In this document: positions 9,281 to 17,986 of the stretch, piece after piece
How positions within the stretch are numbered: the stretch's first letter is position 1
How the letters are laid out: each line of letters opens with the position of its first letter
Assembly: GCA_041658605.1 (NCBI GenBank)
Contig: JBAZZU010000009.1
Location: 6,032-70,031, forward strand
Source of the DNA: Thermoleophilia bacterium
GTDB taxonomy: Bacteria > Actinomycetota > Thermoleophilia > BMS3ABIN01
DNA: 64,000 nucleotides
Direction of reading: 5' to 3'
Translations under genes and position numbers: made by a program
The notes under the pieces: generated by a model
Databases searched by the model: none
What the model was told of the DNA's origin: nothing
Seen by the model: the letters and a program-made list of their open reading frames with translations, nothing else

Positions 9281-10402
9281 CTACTTACCTCCTTCTTTGG
9301 AGCCTGGTTCTTCTTCCTTGCCTTCAACGGGGGCTCCCTTAAACAGCCTTCCCGTCGCGGCCTGACCGACGAAATGAGCGCCGATACCTACTGCCGTGGC
9401 CGCTCCGAGCGCGACGCCGACCTGAGTGGGTGTGATGTCGCCAGGTAATCTGATGCCCGGCGCTTTTTCATAGAATGGTGATTGCTTGTCCCAGAAGTCC
9501 GGCTCGGAGCAACCGATACACGGACCGCCGGCAGCAACCGGCCAGGAGACATTGCCGTTATAGCGCGTTTTGGGACAGGGACCGTAGGTTACGGGCCCCT
9601 TGCAGCCGACCTTGTAGAGGCACCAGTTGTTGGCCGAGCCCTCATCACCAAATTGCTCCACGAACTCGCCGGCGTCGAAGTGGCCCCGGCGATCGCAGTC
9701 GTCATGGATCAGATGTCCGAAGAGGAACTTGGGCCGCCCCAGGTCGTCCAGCTCCGGCAGCTGCTTTTTGACGAGCACGTAGAGCAGGATGGCCACGGTG
9801 TCGTCTGCGTTGCCCGGGCAGCGCGGTGAGTTGATGACCACGGGATCCTTGATGCCAGCATCTTCTCTAAGGAAGTCGGCAACACCCTTGGCGCCGGTGG
9901 GGTTGGGTTTCGCCGCCTGGATGCCGCCATAGCAGGCACAGGTGCCGATGGCGATGGTAGCTTTGGCCTTCTGGTAGGCATCCTTGCACATCTCCATCGA
10001 TGTCATGCCGCCAATCGTGCAGGCATCAGGAATACCGGTGGCTATGCCGCCCTCCACAATATAATAGAAATCCTTGGAGTCAACGATTTCGTGGAAACTT
10101 CTTTTCGCCTCGCTGCCGGCGGCGGCCATGACCGCTTCATGGTAATCGAGGGAGATCTGCTGCAGGATCAGGTTGGCGGGTCCGGGTTTGCGCATCTGGA
10201 GCAGGTTGACCGAACAGCCGAGACACTCCTGGAAGCAGGACCACACGATCGAGGGCCGCTTCGCCAGCTGCTGCAGCGCGTTTGCGACCTTGGGCGCCGC
10301 CATCGGACCGCTGAGCCCTATCACGGCAGCGAGCGCGCCACAGGTCTTGAGGAAATCTCTTCGTGATAACCCGGGGAACAGGGACATCTCTTCGTGTTCC
10401 AA
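9281..10402 (-). CDS. [NiFe]-hydrogenase small subunit with twin-arginine signal peptide
   Basis: SRRDFLK Tat motif, multiple Cys clusters for proximal, medial and distal FeS clusters. The stop TAG directly abuts the ATG of the large subunit. Confidence 0.85.
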   Translation of the reverse strand: MEHEEMSLFPGLSRRDFLKTCGALAAVIGLSGPMAAPKVANALQQLAKRPSIVWSCFQECLGCSVNLLQMRKPGPANLILQQISLDYHEAVMAAAGSEAKRSFHEIVDSKDFYYIVEGGIATGIPDACTIGGMTSMEMCKDAYQKAKATIAIGTCACYGGIQAAKPNPTGAKGVADFLREDAGIKDPVVINSPRCPGNADDTVAILLYVLVKKQLPELDDLGRPKFLFGHLIHDDCDRRGHFDAGEFVEQFGDEGSANNWCLYKVGCKGPVTYGPCPKTRYNGNVSWPVAAGGPCIGCSEPDFWDKQSPFYEKAPGIRLPGDITPTQVGVALGAATAVGIGAHFVGQAATGRLFKGAPVEGKEEEPGSKEGGK

Positions 10403-10449
10403 GGTTTCGACCTCCCTCTTTTAACGCCGCCCTTCAGGTGTCGGACGGC

Positions 10450-10462
10450 TATGTTGGTGTGC
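10450..10462. promoter_or_regulatory. Perfect palindrome TGCACA-A-TGTGCA in the divergent intergenic region upstream of the uptake hydrogenase operon
   Basis: Read directly. Lies between the hydrogenase small-subunit start (10402) and the plus-strand ATPase gene (10633). Confidence 0.3.
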
Positions 10463-10632
10463 ACAATGTGCATCCGCGTATACTCTATAACAACTATTAA
10501 GCAGCTGTCATTAGTTTTCCTCTCCCCCGCAAAGAATTGTTTAAAACTTATCGAGGCAAATACGTCCGAAGCGGGTGATAATCTGGACGCGACAGGCGCC
10601 GGATATGGAAGTAGAATATAGCGGAGGTAGAT

Positions 10633-12393
10633 ATGGATGCAGCCAGCTTACAGCGGAAACTGGAACAGCTCGACGGTCGTGGCTACAAGGCTTACCGTCA
10701 GATACGCGGCGCATACGAGTTCCCACGCTTCACCCTCTTTGTGGATTACGTTCAGGGAGACCCCTTCGCGGCGCCCTCGCGGCTGCGAGCCAGGGTAAGA
10801 CAGGATCTGGCGGGTTTTAATCCCGGCCTTTTCACCCTCCCCGTGCGCCGCATCGCTCTCACGGACTATCTGGCCCGCGCCTTTCAGCAGTCGATCGGGT
10901 TGCACGTAAACGGGCACCGCGGCACGGGAAAGTCCGGCTTTATGGGAGTAGACGCGGGAAACCAGGAGATCCTCGAGAGAACGGCTGCGGTGGTCACCGA
11001 TGATTTTGTAGAAATACGCTTCACGGCAGGCCTGCCGGCGTCAGGGCGTCGTTGCCTGGGGCACGAGGCGGTGGCCATGCTCATCGGTGAGGTTCCCCGT
11101 CTTGTCGACAGCTCCATGTTCCATGAGTCGCTCGACGCCGATATCGTGAGTGCGCATGTCGAGGCCGCCGAGGACCAGGAGTGGCTGCGCGGCCGGCTTT
11201 GCGAGATGGGCCTGATCGCCTTCGTAGGCGATGGCTCGATACTGCCACGCGAGAGCGGGATCAGGGACCTTCCATTGAAGACCGCCAGCACCATCGCTTT
11301 TCAGTCGCCGGATGAGCTCAAAGTGGAAGTCTGCCTCCCCAACAGGGGCAAAGTGACAGGAATGGGCATTCCCGAGGGCGTAACCCTGGTCGCGGGCGGC
11401 GGATACCATGGAAAGTCGACGCTGCTCTCGGCCCTTCAGCGGGGCGTTTACAGCCATGTGCCCGGAGACGGCCGCGAACTTGTCGTAACAAGGGCTGACG
11501 CCGTCAAGATCCGGGCCGAGGATGGGCGCCGCGTGGAAAAAGTGGATATAAGCCCGTTCATATCCAACCTTCCCTTCGGCACCGATACCGTTGCCTTCTG
11601 CACGGAGAATGCGAGCGGCAGCACCTCACAGGCCGCCAATATCATCGAGGCGCTTGAAACCGGCTGCAGGATGCTGCTGATCGACGAGGACACCTCCGCA
11701 ACCAATTTCATGATCCGGGATGAACTGATGCAGCGTCTGATCTCGCGCGACAAGGAGCCGATCACTCCCTTCGTCGACCAGGTCCAGAACCTATATAAAG
11801 AATACGGCGTGTCAACGATACTGGTGATGGGCGGGTCGGGTGACTACTTTGAAGTGGCCGATACGGTGATAGCAATGGAAGACTACAGGCCCCTGGTTGT
11901 CACGGAGAAAGCGAGGCAGATCGCAAGCACCCGCCGGGATATACGCGTGCGCGAGAGCGGCGAACGCTTCGGTGATCTCGTCAGAAGGGCGCCGGCGGCG
12001 AGCGGGATCGACCCGCGGCGCGGTAGCCGGGACAAGGTCCAGGCGAAATCCCTGGGTAGCATCGCGTTCGGCAGGCAGACCATCGACCTCGTCGCCGTGG
12101 AGCAGATAGTTGACATCAGTCAGACACGTGCAATAGGCGATATGGTCTGGCATGGCCTCAGGCGGGGATATTTCAATAGCGAGTCCCCGATGGCCGGCGT
12201 GCTCGACCGGCTTTTTGATGACATCAGCCGACTTGGCCTGGATGTAATCTCTCCATATGCTGCCCAGGATGAAAAGGGAGTACACCCTGGTGACTATGCG
12301 ATGCCCAGGCGACACGAAGTGGCTGCAATGCTCAATCGCCTGAGGACCCTGGCGGTTCTACAGGAACCGGGCGGTCCGGTTGTTAAAGACTGA
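10633..12393 (+). CDS. Predicted ABC-class ATPase (COG3044 / ABC_ATPase family), function unknown
   Basis: Walker-A-like GGGYHGKST, Walker-B-like MLLIDEDTSATN, about 586 aa, matching the predicted ATPase of the ABC class family. Confidence 0.5.
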   Translation: MDAASLQRKLEQLDGRGYKAYRQIRGAYEFPRFTLFVDYVQGDPFAAPSRLRARVRQDLAGFNPGLFTLPVRRIALTDYLARAFQQSIGLHVNGHRGTGKSGFMGVDAGNQEILERTAAVVTDDFVEIRFTAGLPASGRRCLGHEAVAMLIGEVPRLVDSSMFHESLDADIVSAHVEAAEDQEWLRGRLCEMGLIAFVGDGSILPRESGIRDLPLKTASTIAFQSPDELKVEVCLPNRGKVTGMGIPEGVTLVAGGGYHGKSTLLSALQRGVYSHVPGDGRELVVTRADAVKIRAEDGRRVEKVDISPFISNLPFGTDTVAFCTENASGSTSQAANIIEALETGCRMLLIDEDTSATNFMIRDELMQRLISRDKEPITPFVDQVQNLYKEYGVSTILVMGGSGDYFEVADTVIAMEDYRPLVVTEKARQIASTRRDIRVRESGERFGDLVRRAPAASGIDPRRGSRDKVQAKSLGSIAFGRQTIDLVAVEQIVDISQTRAIGDMVWHGLRRGYFNSESPMAGVLDRLFDDISRLGLDVISPYAAQDEKGVHPGDYAMPRRHEVAAMLNRLRTLAVLQEPGGPVVKD

Positions 12394-12538
12394 AAGCTTG
12401 AGGACGATAAAGCAGAAAACCCGGACGGGCAATACCGGGGTAATTTCGGTACAATAGTCACATACGCAAACAGGCCGTTTGCATGGCTGAAGCTGGGCAT
12501 CTGCACCACTTCCGGTCCACTATTACCAGGGGAATCAC

Positions 12539-13231
12539 ATGGGTTACGAAGAAAGCAAAAACTGGACACTGGAACAGAAGGAAAAAAGGAGCATCGAGGT
12601 TCTCGAGGAGGCCCTTAAGCGCTTCGATGGGAAGATCGCGACTACCTTCACCGGCGGCAAGGACTCACTCACGGTGCTGCACCTGCTGAAACGCATCGGT
12701 GAAGGCACGGTGCCGATACCGGTGCTCAACCTGGATACCACCGTAAAACCCAAACAGATCATTGAATTCCGTGACCGCATGGCCCGTGAATGGGACCTCG
12801 ACCTCATCATTACCACCAATAACGAGGGTCTGAAAAAGATCACGATCGCCGAAGACCATGAGCAATGCTGTCTGGTGATGAAGACTGAAGCCATCAACAT
12901 GGCGGTCGAGGAGCATGGCTGGAAGGCCCTCATAACAGGCGTGCGCTGGGATGAACAGCCTGCCCGCATCAACGAGGAATATTTCTCAGAGCGTCCGGAG
13001 CACACGCGCGTGCAACCGATCCTCCACTTCTCCGAACTGGATATCTGGGCCTATATCGAAAAATACGATCTCCCCTACTGCGAGCTTTACGACCAGGGCT
13101 ATCGCAGTCTTGGCTGTGCGCCGTGCACGCAGAAGAGCACGAAGCCGCGCGGTGATGGGCCCGAGCGGGAAGGGCGCTCGCAGGAAAAAGAGGAGATTAT
13201 GAGTCAGTTGCGGGACCTGGGCTACTTCTAG
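12539..13231 (+). CDS. PAPS/APS-reductase family protein (CysH-like ATP-PPase fold) with CC...CxxC iron-sulfur motif
   Basis: FTGGKDS PP-loop variant, an HEQCC and GCAPC cysteine pair/pair arrangement as in FeS-containing APS reductases. It lacks the C-terminal ECGLH catalytic motif. Confidence 0.55.
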   Translation: MGYEESKNWTLEQKEKRSIEVLEEALKRFDGKIATTFTGGKDSLTVLHLLKRIGEGTVPIPVLNLDTTVKPKQIIEFRDRMAREWDLDLIITTNNEGLKKITIAEDHEQCCLVMKTEAINMAVEEHGWKALITGVRWDEQPARINEEYFSERPEHTRVQPILHFSELDIWAYIEKYDLPYCELYDQGYRSLGCAPCTQKSTKPRGDGPEREGRSQEKEEIMSQLRDLGYF

Positions 13232-13272
13232 AGACAGCTGCGAAAGCCGTTTTTCATCTGGGGGCGCACATC

Positions 13273-13506
13273 ATGTGCGCCCCCTGTATAATTGACCTCG
13301 TGAGCAAGTTATTTATATACCTCATAATCATCTGGTCGCTGGTCAGCCTTTCCGGAGTGTCGATTTTTCTCTTTGACGCGCTGGGTCCGGCCGCGGTCCC
13401 CGAGGCCGAGGGCGCCATCGATCCGGTTACGGCTGTTGTATTCTGGGGGATTATGTGGTTTATTCCCGTAGTCGTGATGGCAATCGTCGGACGCAGGCAG
13501 AGGTGA
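13273..13506 (+). CDS. Small membrane protein (2 TM)
   Basis: 77-aa ORF with two hydrophobic helices. No homology recognised. Confidence 0.3.
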   Translation: MCAPCIIDLVSKLFIYLIIIWSLVSLSGVSIFLFDALGPAAVPEAEGAIDPVTAVVFWGIMWFIPVVVMAIVGRRQR

Positions 13507-13579
13507 CTGAGAAATAGGCACACCTATCAAGCATCCCAATAAGGAAAACGCAGTTCTGGAATACATCCAGGACCACCAG

Positions 13580-14140
13580 ATGATGGCGACGGTGATCGTG
13601 ATATTTATTGCCGTCGCGGTGGGACTGTTCCTCTATCTTCTGTCATCCTCCGCGGGCCCGTTGCCCGGCTCAGCCACTGTCAGTTCGGATGCCTACGCTG
13701 CAGGCAGCCAGCTTGCGGACAGCGCCGGAGCGGTCTCGTCCGATGCCGCCGACAAGGATATCCGGCAGGCGGATTTCGCCGCGCTGCTGGCGGACGAACA
13801 TGCCTCAGCACAGGGCGTTGAAAACAAACTGTTTATGGACATCGACAGTGATGGAGCACAGGAAGCTTTGTTGCTGGTGCGGGGAGATGGGGAAAACCGT
13901 CCGCTCGACCTTTATCTGTACAAGGTAAAAGATGGCAGGGCGGAAGTCATATTCAGGGAAACAGGTGTGGCTCAGGGCGAGGCAACGTTCCAGGGTCCGA
14001 GGCTTGTCGTAACGGAGGGCGTTTATGCGCCGGGCGACCCGCTCTGCTGTCCCTCTTCCATCAAGCTGACTTATTACGTATTCAAGGACGGCGCGCTGGT
14101 AGTCTCCAAGGTCGAGGCCGCCCCTTCTGGTGCGCGGTAG
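13580..14140 (+). CDS. Hypothetical membrane-anchored or secreted protein
   Basis: N-terminal TM/signal anchor (VIVIFIAVAVGLFLYLL) followed by a soluble domain. No recognised motif. Confidence 0.3.
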   Translation: MMATVIVIFIAVAVGLFLYLLSSSAGPLPGSATVSSDAYAAGSQLADSAGAVSSDAADKDIRQADFAALLADEHASAQGVENKLFMDIDSDGAQEALLLVRGDGENRPLDLYLYKVKDGRAEVIFRETGVAQGEATFQGPRLVVTEGVYAPGDPLCCPSSIKLTYYVFKDGALVVSKVEAAPSGAR

Positions 14141-14250
14141 GTTTCAGGCCCAGGCCTGTCAAAGCCGCGGCCGGTCTGTTGTGTTTCCCGGCTTTATCCG
14201 GACATCTTTTATCGGAAACGCCGCGTCGAAAAAACGTTGCCGGCTTTCCG

Positions 14251-14448
14251 TCAGCCGCTTCCCCTGATCAGCTTCAACGTCGCCAGACGGTCGAGTAAAA
14301 TCCGTTCATGCTCCCGCTCCCATTTTGCCAGTTGCTCGAATATCGACCGCGTTTCGGGATCCTCTGCCGCGCCGGCGCCCTCGAGGTACATATTGTAAGC
14401 CTCCCGCTCGTTCTCGATTGCCTTCTCCATCAGCTTGATGACATCCAT
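14251..14448 (-). CDS. Small ferritin-like / rubrerythrin-like two-helix protein (half-ferritin)
   Basis: 65 aa with E..AY and EREHE (ExxH) di-iron-type motifs spaced as in one helix pair of rubrerythrin or encapsulated-ferritin. GGAGG SD 5 nt before the ATG, and the gene directly follows the upstream gene. Confidence 0.35.
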   Translation of the reverse strand: MDVIKLMEKAIENEREAYNMYLEGAGAAEDPETRSIFEQLAKWEREHERILLDRLATLKLIRGSG

Positions 14449-14464
14449 GGTCCGCCTCCAGTCA

Positions 14465-15859
14465 TTATTTGTTCACGATTGTAAGAATAACCATAGCTGA
14501 AAAAGACAAAGCCAGAACCGTCACCGAGAGCCAGAGCCCCAGGTTCTTCCACGTCTGTTTGTGCAATGCCTGGGCCAGGAAGTGCGTTCCCACCGCGGCT
14601 GACGCGGAAAAGCCCCCGATGATCAGTAACAGCAGGACGGGCGAATTGTGTTCCACGGTCACGACGCCAGCGATTCCCTCCCAGGACTTCAGTACATAGT
14701 AAAAAACCAGGACGAATTCGACGAAGCCAGCGGCGACCTGTAGTGACAGGCGTTCCTTTTGAAGCACGAGGCTGCGGGACAGAAGCTGTTTGCTCTGTTC
14801 CTGGATCGCAGCTTCCTCACCGGCCCTCAGCAGTTCCACCTGGGTCCTGACGACCTCGATGGCAGCCTGCGCGTTGCCGCGGGAGAAATCGAGACGTCTG
14901 GCCTCGCTCGATGCGGCTTCCAGGTCAGATTTAAAGACATCCAGATAATGCCGGCCGATCTCATCCCGGGCTTCGGCCCGTACTCCCAGAAGGTCGGTCA
15001 GCGCGCTCTCGAGCTGTCCGGTCTCCAGGGCGATGCGATCCTCAGCCTGCCGTACCATGAGAGAGTCGGTCGCAAGAATCCCGAACATGCGGGAGAGGCC
15101 GGTTATGCGTTGCTCGAGCTCCAGGGTGCCCGTCGCCTCCGACGCGCTGGAAACAACCTCCTGGTGTAACAGCGCGCTGACCTGCCGGTCGATGTCGTTG
15201 CGCTGTTCGACTATCGTCCGGCGCTGGTGGCCGAAATGAGACGCAACACGGCCCAGTTTTTTTACCATTGCGTCCATCCGGGGGAACGCACCCGAAAGAA
15301 AGAGGTCGACATTATCAGTCTCCAGAGCGTAGTAATCACGCCCCCGATGACCGTGTTCGAGCATGTGCGCTAATGCAGCATTTTCGCCGAAGGTCTCCGG
15401 GTCCAGATCGCTTGTGACAACGCGCCCATCAAGGATCGAATTCAATATCGCAGTCGGATCGGAGCCATCCGCAACGCCCGCGGCAAGCAGGGTCGTCTCG
15501 CCGAAGATAGTCGCACCCGCTTTCTTGACGCGGGCGCGGTCCGCATCCACGCGTGCGAGCAATTCACGCCACATCGACTCCGGTTCCGCGGCGTCAGACG
15601 ATTTGTATATGGCCTCGATAGCCGTAAGGTCCGGGAGCACAAGCAGGCAATAGTCGACGTCTTCACCGGCGGCCCGCTGGATAATCCGGCACCGGCTCGC
15701 GGGTTCGTTTGCATCCTGGGTAAGACCGAGTGACATCGCCGGCTCTTGAGGGGCCTGTTTTTCAGAGGTGAGCAGCGACCAGATTTTCTGCTGGTCTTCG
15801 TCATCCTCTTTGAGCAGATAATAGTAATGTACAGCCGTACATCGGAGCTCGCGCTGCAT
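14465..15859 (-). CDS. Hypothetical protein with long coiled-coil region and 2-3 C-terminal TM helices
   Basis: ORF 14465..15946. The internal ATG at 15859 (MQRELR...) is preceded by AGGGAGG, so it is the likely start. Heptad-like Leu/Glu/Arg-rich central region and a hydrophobic C-terminus. Confidence 0.4.
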   Translation of the reverse strand: MQRELRCTAVHYYYLLKEDDEDQQKIWSLLTSEKQAPQEPAMSLGLTQDANEPASRCRIIQRAAGEDVDYCLLVLPDLTAIEAIYKSSDAAEPESMWRELLARVDADRARVKKAGATIFGETTLLAAGVADGSDPTAILNSILDGRVVTSDLDPETFGENAALAHMLEHGHRGRDYYALETDNVDLFLSGAFPRMDAMVKKLGRVASHFGHQRRTIVEQRNDIDRQVSALLHQEVVSSASEATGTLELEQRITGLSRMFGILATDSLMVRQAEDRIALETGQLESALTDLLGVRAEARDEIGRHYLDVFKSDLEAASSEARRLDFSRGNAQAAIEVVRTQVELLRAGEEAAIQEQSKQLLSRSLVLQKERLSLQVAAGFVEFVLVFYYVLKSWEGIAGVVTVEHNSPVLLLLIIGGFSASAAVGTHFLAQALHKQTWKNLGLWLSVTVLALSFSAMVILTIVNK

Positions 15860-16540
15860 TCGGCCTCCCTGTCGATTCTGAGTTCCTGAAGCTGATGCGT
15901 AAACAGATTTTAACTGCAGCGGAGCGTATAAACCAGAACGAGCCAACCGGTGGTTAAATAATGAACGTCCGCGGAGTACCGGCTACGGACCATCTATCGT
16001 CAGGCTGAGCGACGCCACGGCTGCGAAACGTGAGAAGCCGGAGCGCAGTCATCAATGTTTTCGGTTTGCCGGACAGGGATTCGGCAAGCCGACAGGGATG
16101 CAGCGACAGGAAGATTATTTTCTTCAAAAATATATGGGGAACCTGACGAATCATCCAGGTCACGCGAGCCGGTCAGCTGCAGGAACACGAGAGTGATAAT
16201 CGGTACAGGAGAGCTACAGACCACTCCAATAAAAATCCAGTCGCCAATACTCATGATCTGCGCCTCCTGTTTGCTCTGAACATATCCCCGGCGGCTGCGG
16301 GTGATAACCGCCTGCCGGTTTGATTACCCTACCATCGGCTCCGGACGGAAAAAGCACAAATGTTGCAGCCGGGCATATAAAGGGGACACTGTTACATGGA
16401 CGCCGATTGGCAACCCGGTCCGGGTCGGGTAGGATTCATGCGCCGCTTTTGTCAGTTTCAGCGTCGGCTTTTTGAGGATGAGCGCCGGGTCTGTAGCGAC
16501 GTCGCAAGGCGGTTCCCGCGGATTTCCAGATAAGGAAAAA

Positions 16541-17104
16541 ATGACGGCAACCATTAAGTCGATATATATACATCCGTTTGAAGAAGCCGGCGCCGGGTTG
16601 CCTGAAAATATCGCCGCCTTTGTCGGGAAGGCCACCGGCGTCAAAGCGGCCATCGGGCGGAACCTGCCCGGGCCGAACGACTCTCTGGACAACCGGAGGG
16701 GCCAGCACAGGGCGCAAGGTTTTCTTGACGCGCTGAGTGAGGAAAGGGAGGGCCTTTTACGAACGGCGTCGGGAGAAGTGCTGCTGCTGGGCATAACCCG
16801 TCTTGATCTGTTCGTTCCAAGGATGAACTTCGTCTTCGGTGTAGCCGAACGCGAAAGCGGCGTGGCGGTTGTTTCCATGTGCCGGCTTGATCCGGAATTT
16901 TATGGGGCCGAACCGGACCGTGAGTTGTTGCGGGCGCGGCTTCTCAAGGAGTCCGTACATGAAATCGGCCACGTCCTCGGCATCAACCATTGCACAGACC
17001 CGGACTGTATCATGTATTTTTCCAGCACTATCGGTGACACGGATGCCAAGGGGCCGGGGTTTTGTTCCCGCTGCAAGAGCAGGCTCGAGGCGCACGAAGA
17101 TTAA
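16541..17104 (+). CDS. Archaemetzincin-like zinc metallopeptidase (peptidase M54)
   Basis: HEIGHVLGINHC (HExxHxxGxxH + Cys) followed by CIMYF and CSRC cysteine pairs, the archaemetzincin signature. About 187 aa from the internal ATG. Confidence 0.6.
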   Translation: MTATIKSIYIHPFEEAGAGLPENIAAFVGKATGVKAAIGRNLPGPNDSLDNRRGQHRAQGFLDALSEEREGLLRTASGEVLLLGITRLDLFVPRMNFVFGVAERESGVAVVSMCRLDPEFYGAEPDRELLRARLLKESVHEIGHVLGINHCTDPDCIMYFSSTIGDTDAKGPGFCSRCKSRLEAHED

Positions 17105-17131
17105 CAGCGGCAATCAGCCGCGGACCCCGTT

Positions 17132-17986
17132 TTAAAAATACCTCTCCAGCTCTTTACCCATCCCTGCCGGATCGAATGGCTGCCGTACGAGCGGTGGCCT
17201 GCCAGCCAGCAGCGGAATGGAATCTTCCATCACTGGACGATTGTTCCTGTAGATGACCCCGGTAGGTATCCTGTCGCCGAACTCCTGCGCCAGGTGGAAG
17301 GCGGCATCCCGATCGGTTGGATCATGGCCTTCGTCGACGCGGTAGACTCTCTCCCTGTACCAGGCGAGGGTGTTGATGCGGTTGAAGGAGACGCACGGCT
17401 GCAGGATGTCGAGCAGCGCGAAGCCCTTGTGCTCCATTGCCTTTACCATGAGCTCTTTCAGGAAAGCGCCATCACCGGTGAAACCGCGCGCCACGAAGCT
17501 CGCGTCCATGGCCACGGCCAGCGCCACCGGATTGAGCGGCTCGAGCAAGACGCCGAACGGCTGCGCCTTAGTGACGGTCCCCTCCTGCGTTGTAGGCGAT
17601 GCCTGTCCCTTGGTGAGTCCGTATACCTGGTTGTCATGAACAAAAAGGCTGATATCGTTGTTGCGCCGCATGGCGTGCAGCAGATGGTTTCCGCCCTCTC
17701 CATAGCAGTCGCCGTCACCCGCGATCGCGATGACGCGCATCTCGTGGTTTGCCAGCCGTATGCCGGTCGCTACCGGCAGGGTCCGGCCATGAAGGCCGTT
17801 GAAGGTATTGCCCCTGGTGTAATGCGGCAGCTTGCTCGACTGGCCGATTCCCGAAACCATGATGATCTGGTGCGGTTCGAGTCCCTGCGCTACCATCGCC
17901 TCCTTGAATGTCTTCAGGAGGGAGAAGTTGCCGCACCCCGGGCACCAGGACGGTTTCTGTCCCCTGTAGTCTTCTAGCTCAGGCAT
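17132..17986 (-). CDS. 2-oxoacid:ferredoxin oxidoreductase beta subunit (TPP-binding)
   Basis: WCPGCG N-terminal motif and the GDGD TPP-binding block, about 284 aa. Overlaps the alpha subunit gene by 8 nt. Confidence 0.75.
   Translation of the reverse strand: MPELEDYRGQKPSWCPGCGNFSLLKTFKEAMVAQGLEPHQIIMVSGIGQSSKLPHYTRGNTFNGLHGRTLPVATGIRLANHEMRVIAIAGDGDCYGEGGNHLLHAMRRNNDISLFVHDNQVYGLTKGQASPTTQEGTVTKAQPFGVLLEPLNPVALAVAMDASFVARGFTGDGAFLKELMVKAMEHKGFALLDILQPCVSFNRINTLAWYRERVYRVDEGHDPTDRDAAFHLAQEFGDRIPTGVIYRNNRPVMEDSIPLLAGRPPLVRQPFDPAGMGKELERYF

Noticed and set aside
7082-9448. Several plus-strand ORFs of 80-251 aa (7082..7837, 7904..8620, 8759..9448)
   Set aside because: All are antisense to the hydrogenase cytochrome b, large and small subunit genes. 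None has an SD or domain signature.
12394-12538. Short hairpin GCAAAC-aggcc-GTTTGC in the ATPase / PAPS-reductase spacer
   Set aside because: Only 6 bp with no following T-tract. It is too weak to call a terminator or regulatory element.
16324-16878. 184-aa ORF on the minus strand overlapping the archaemetzincin gene
   Set aside because: Opposite-strand overlap with a gene that has a clear catalytic signature. No SD, Pro/Arg-rich. Shadow ORF.
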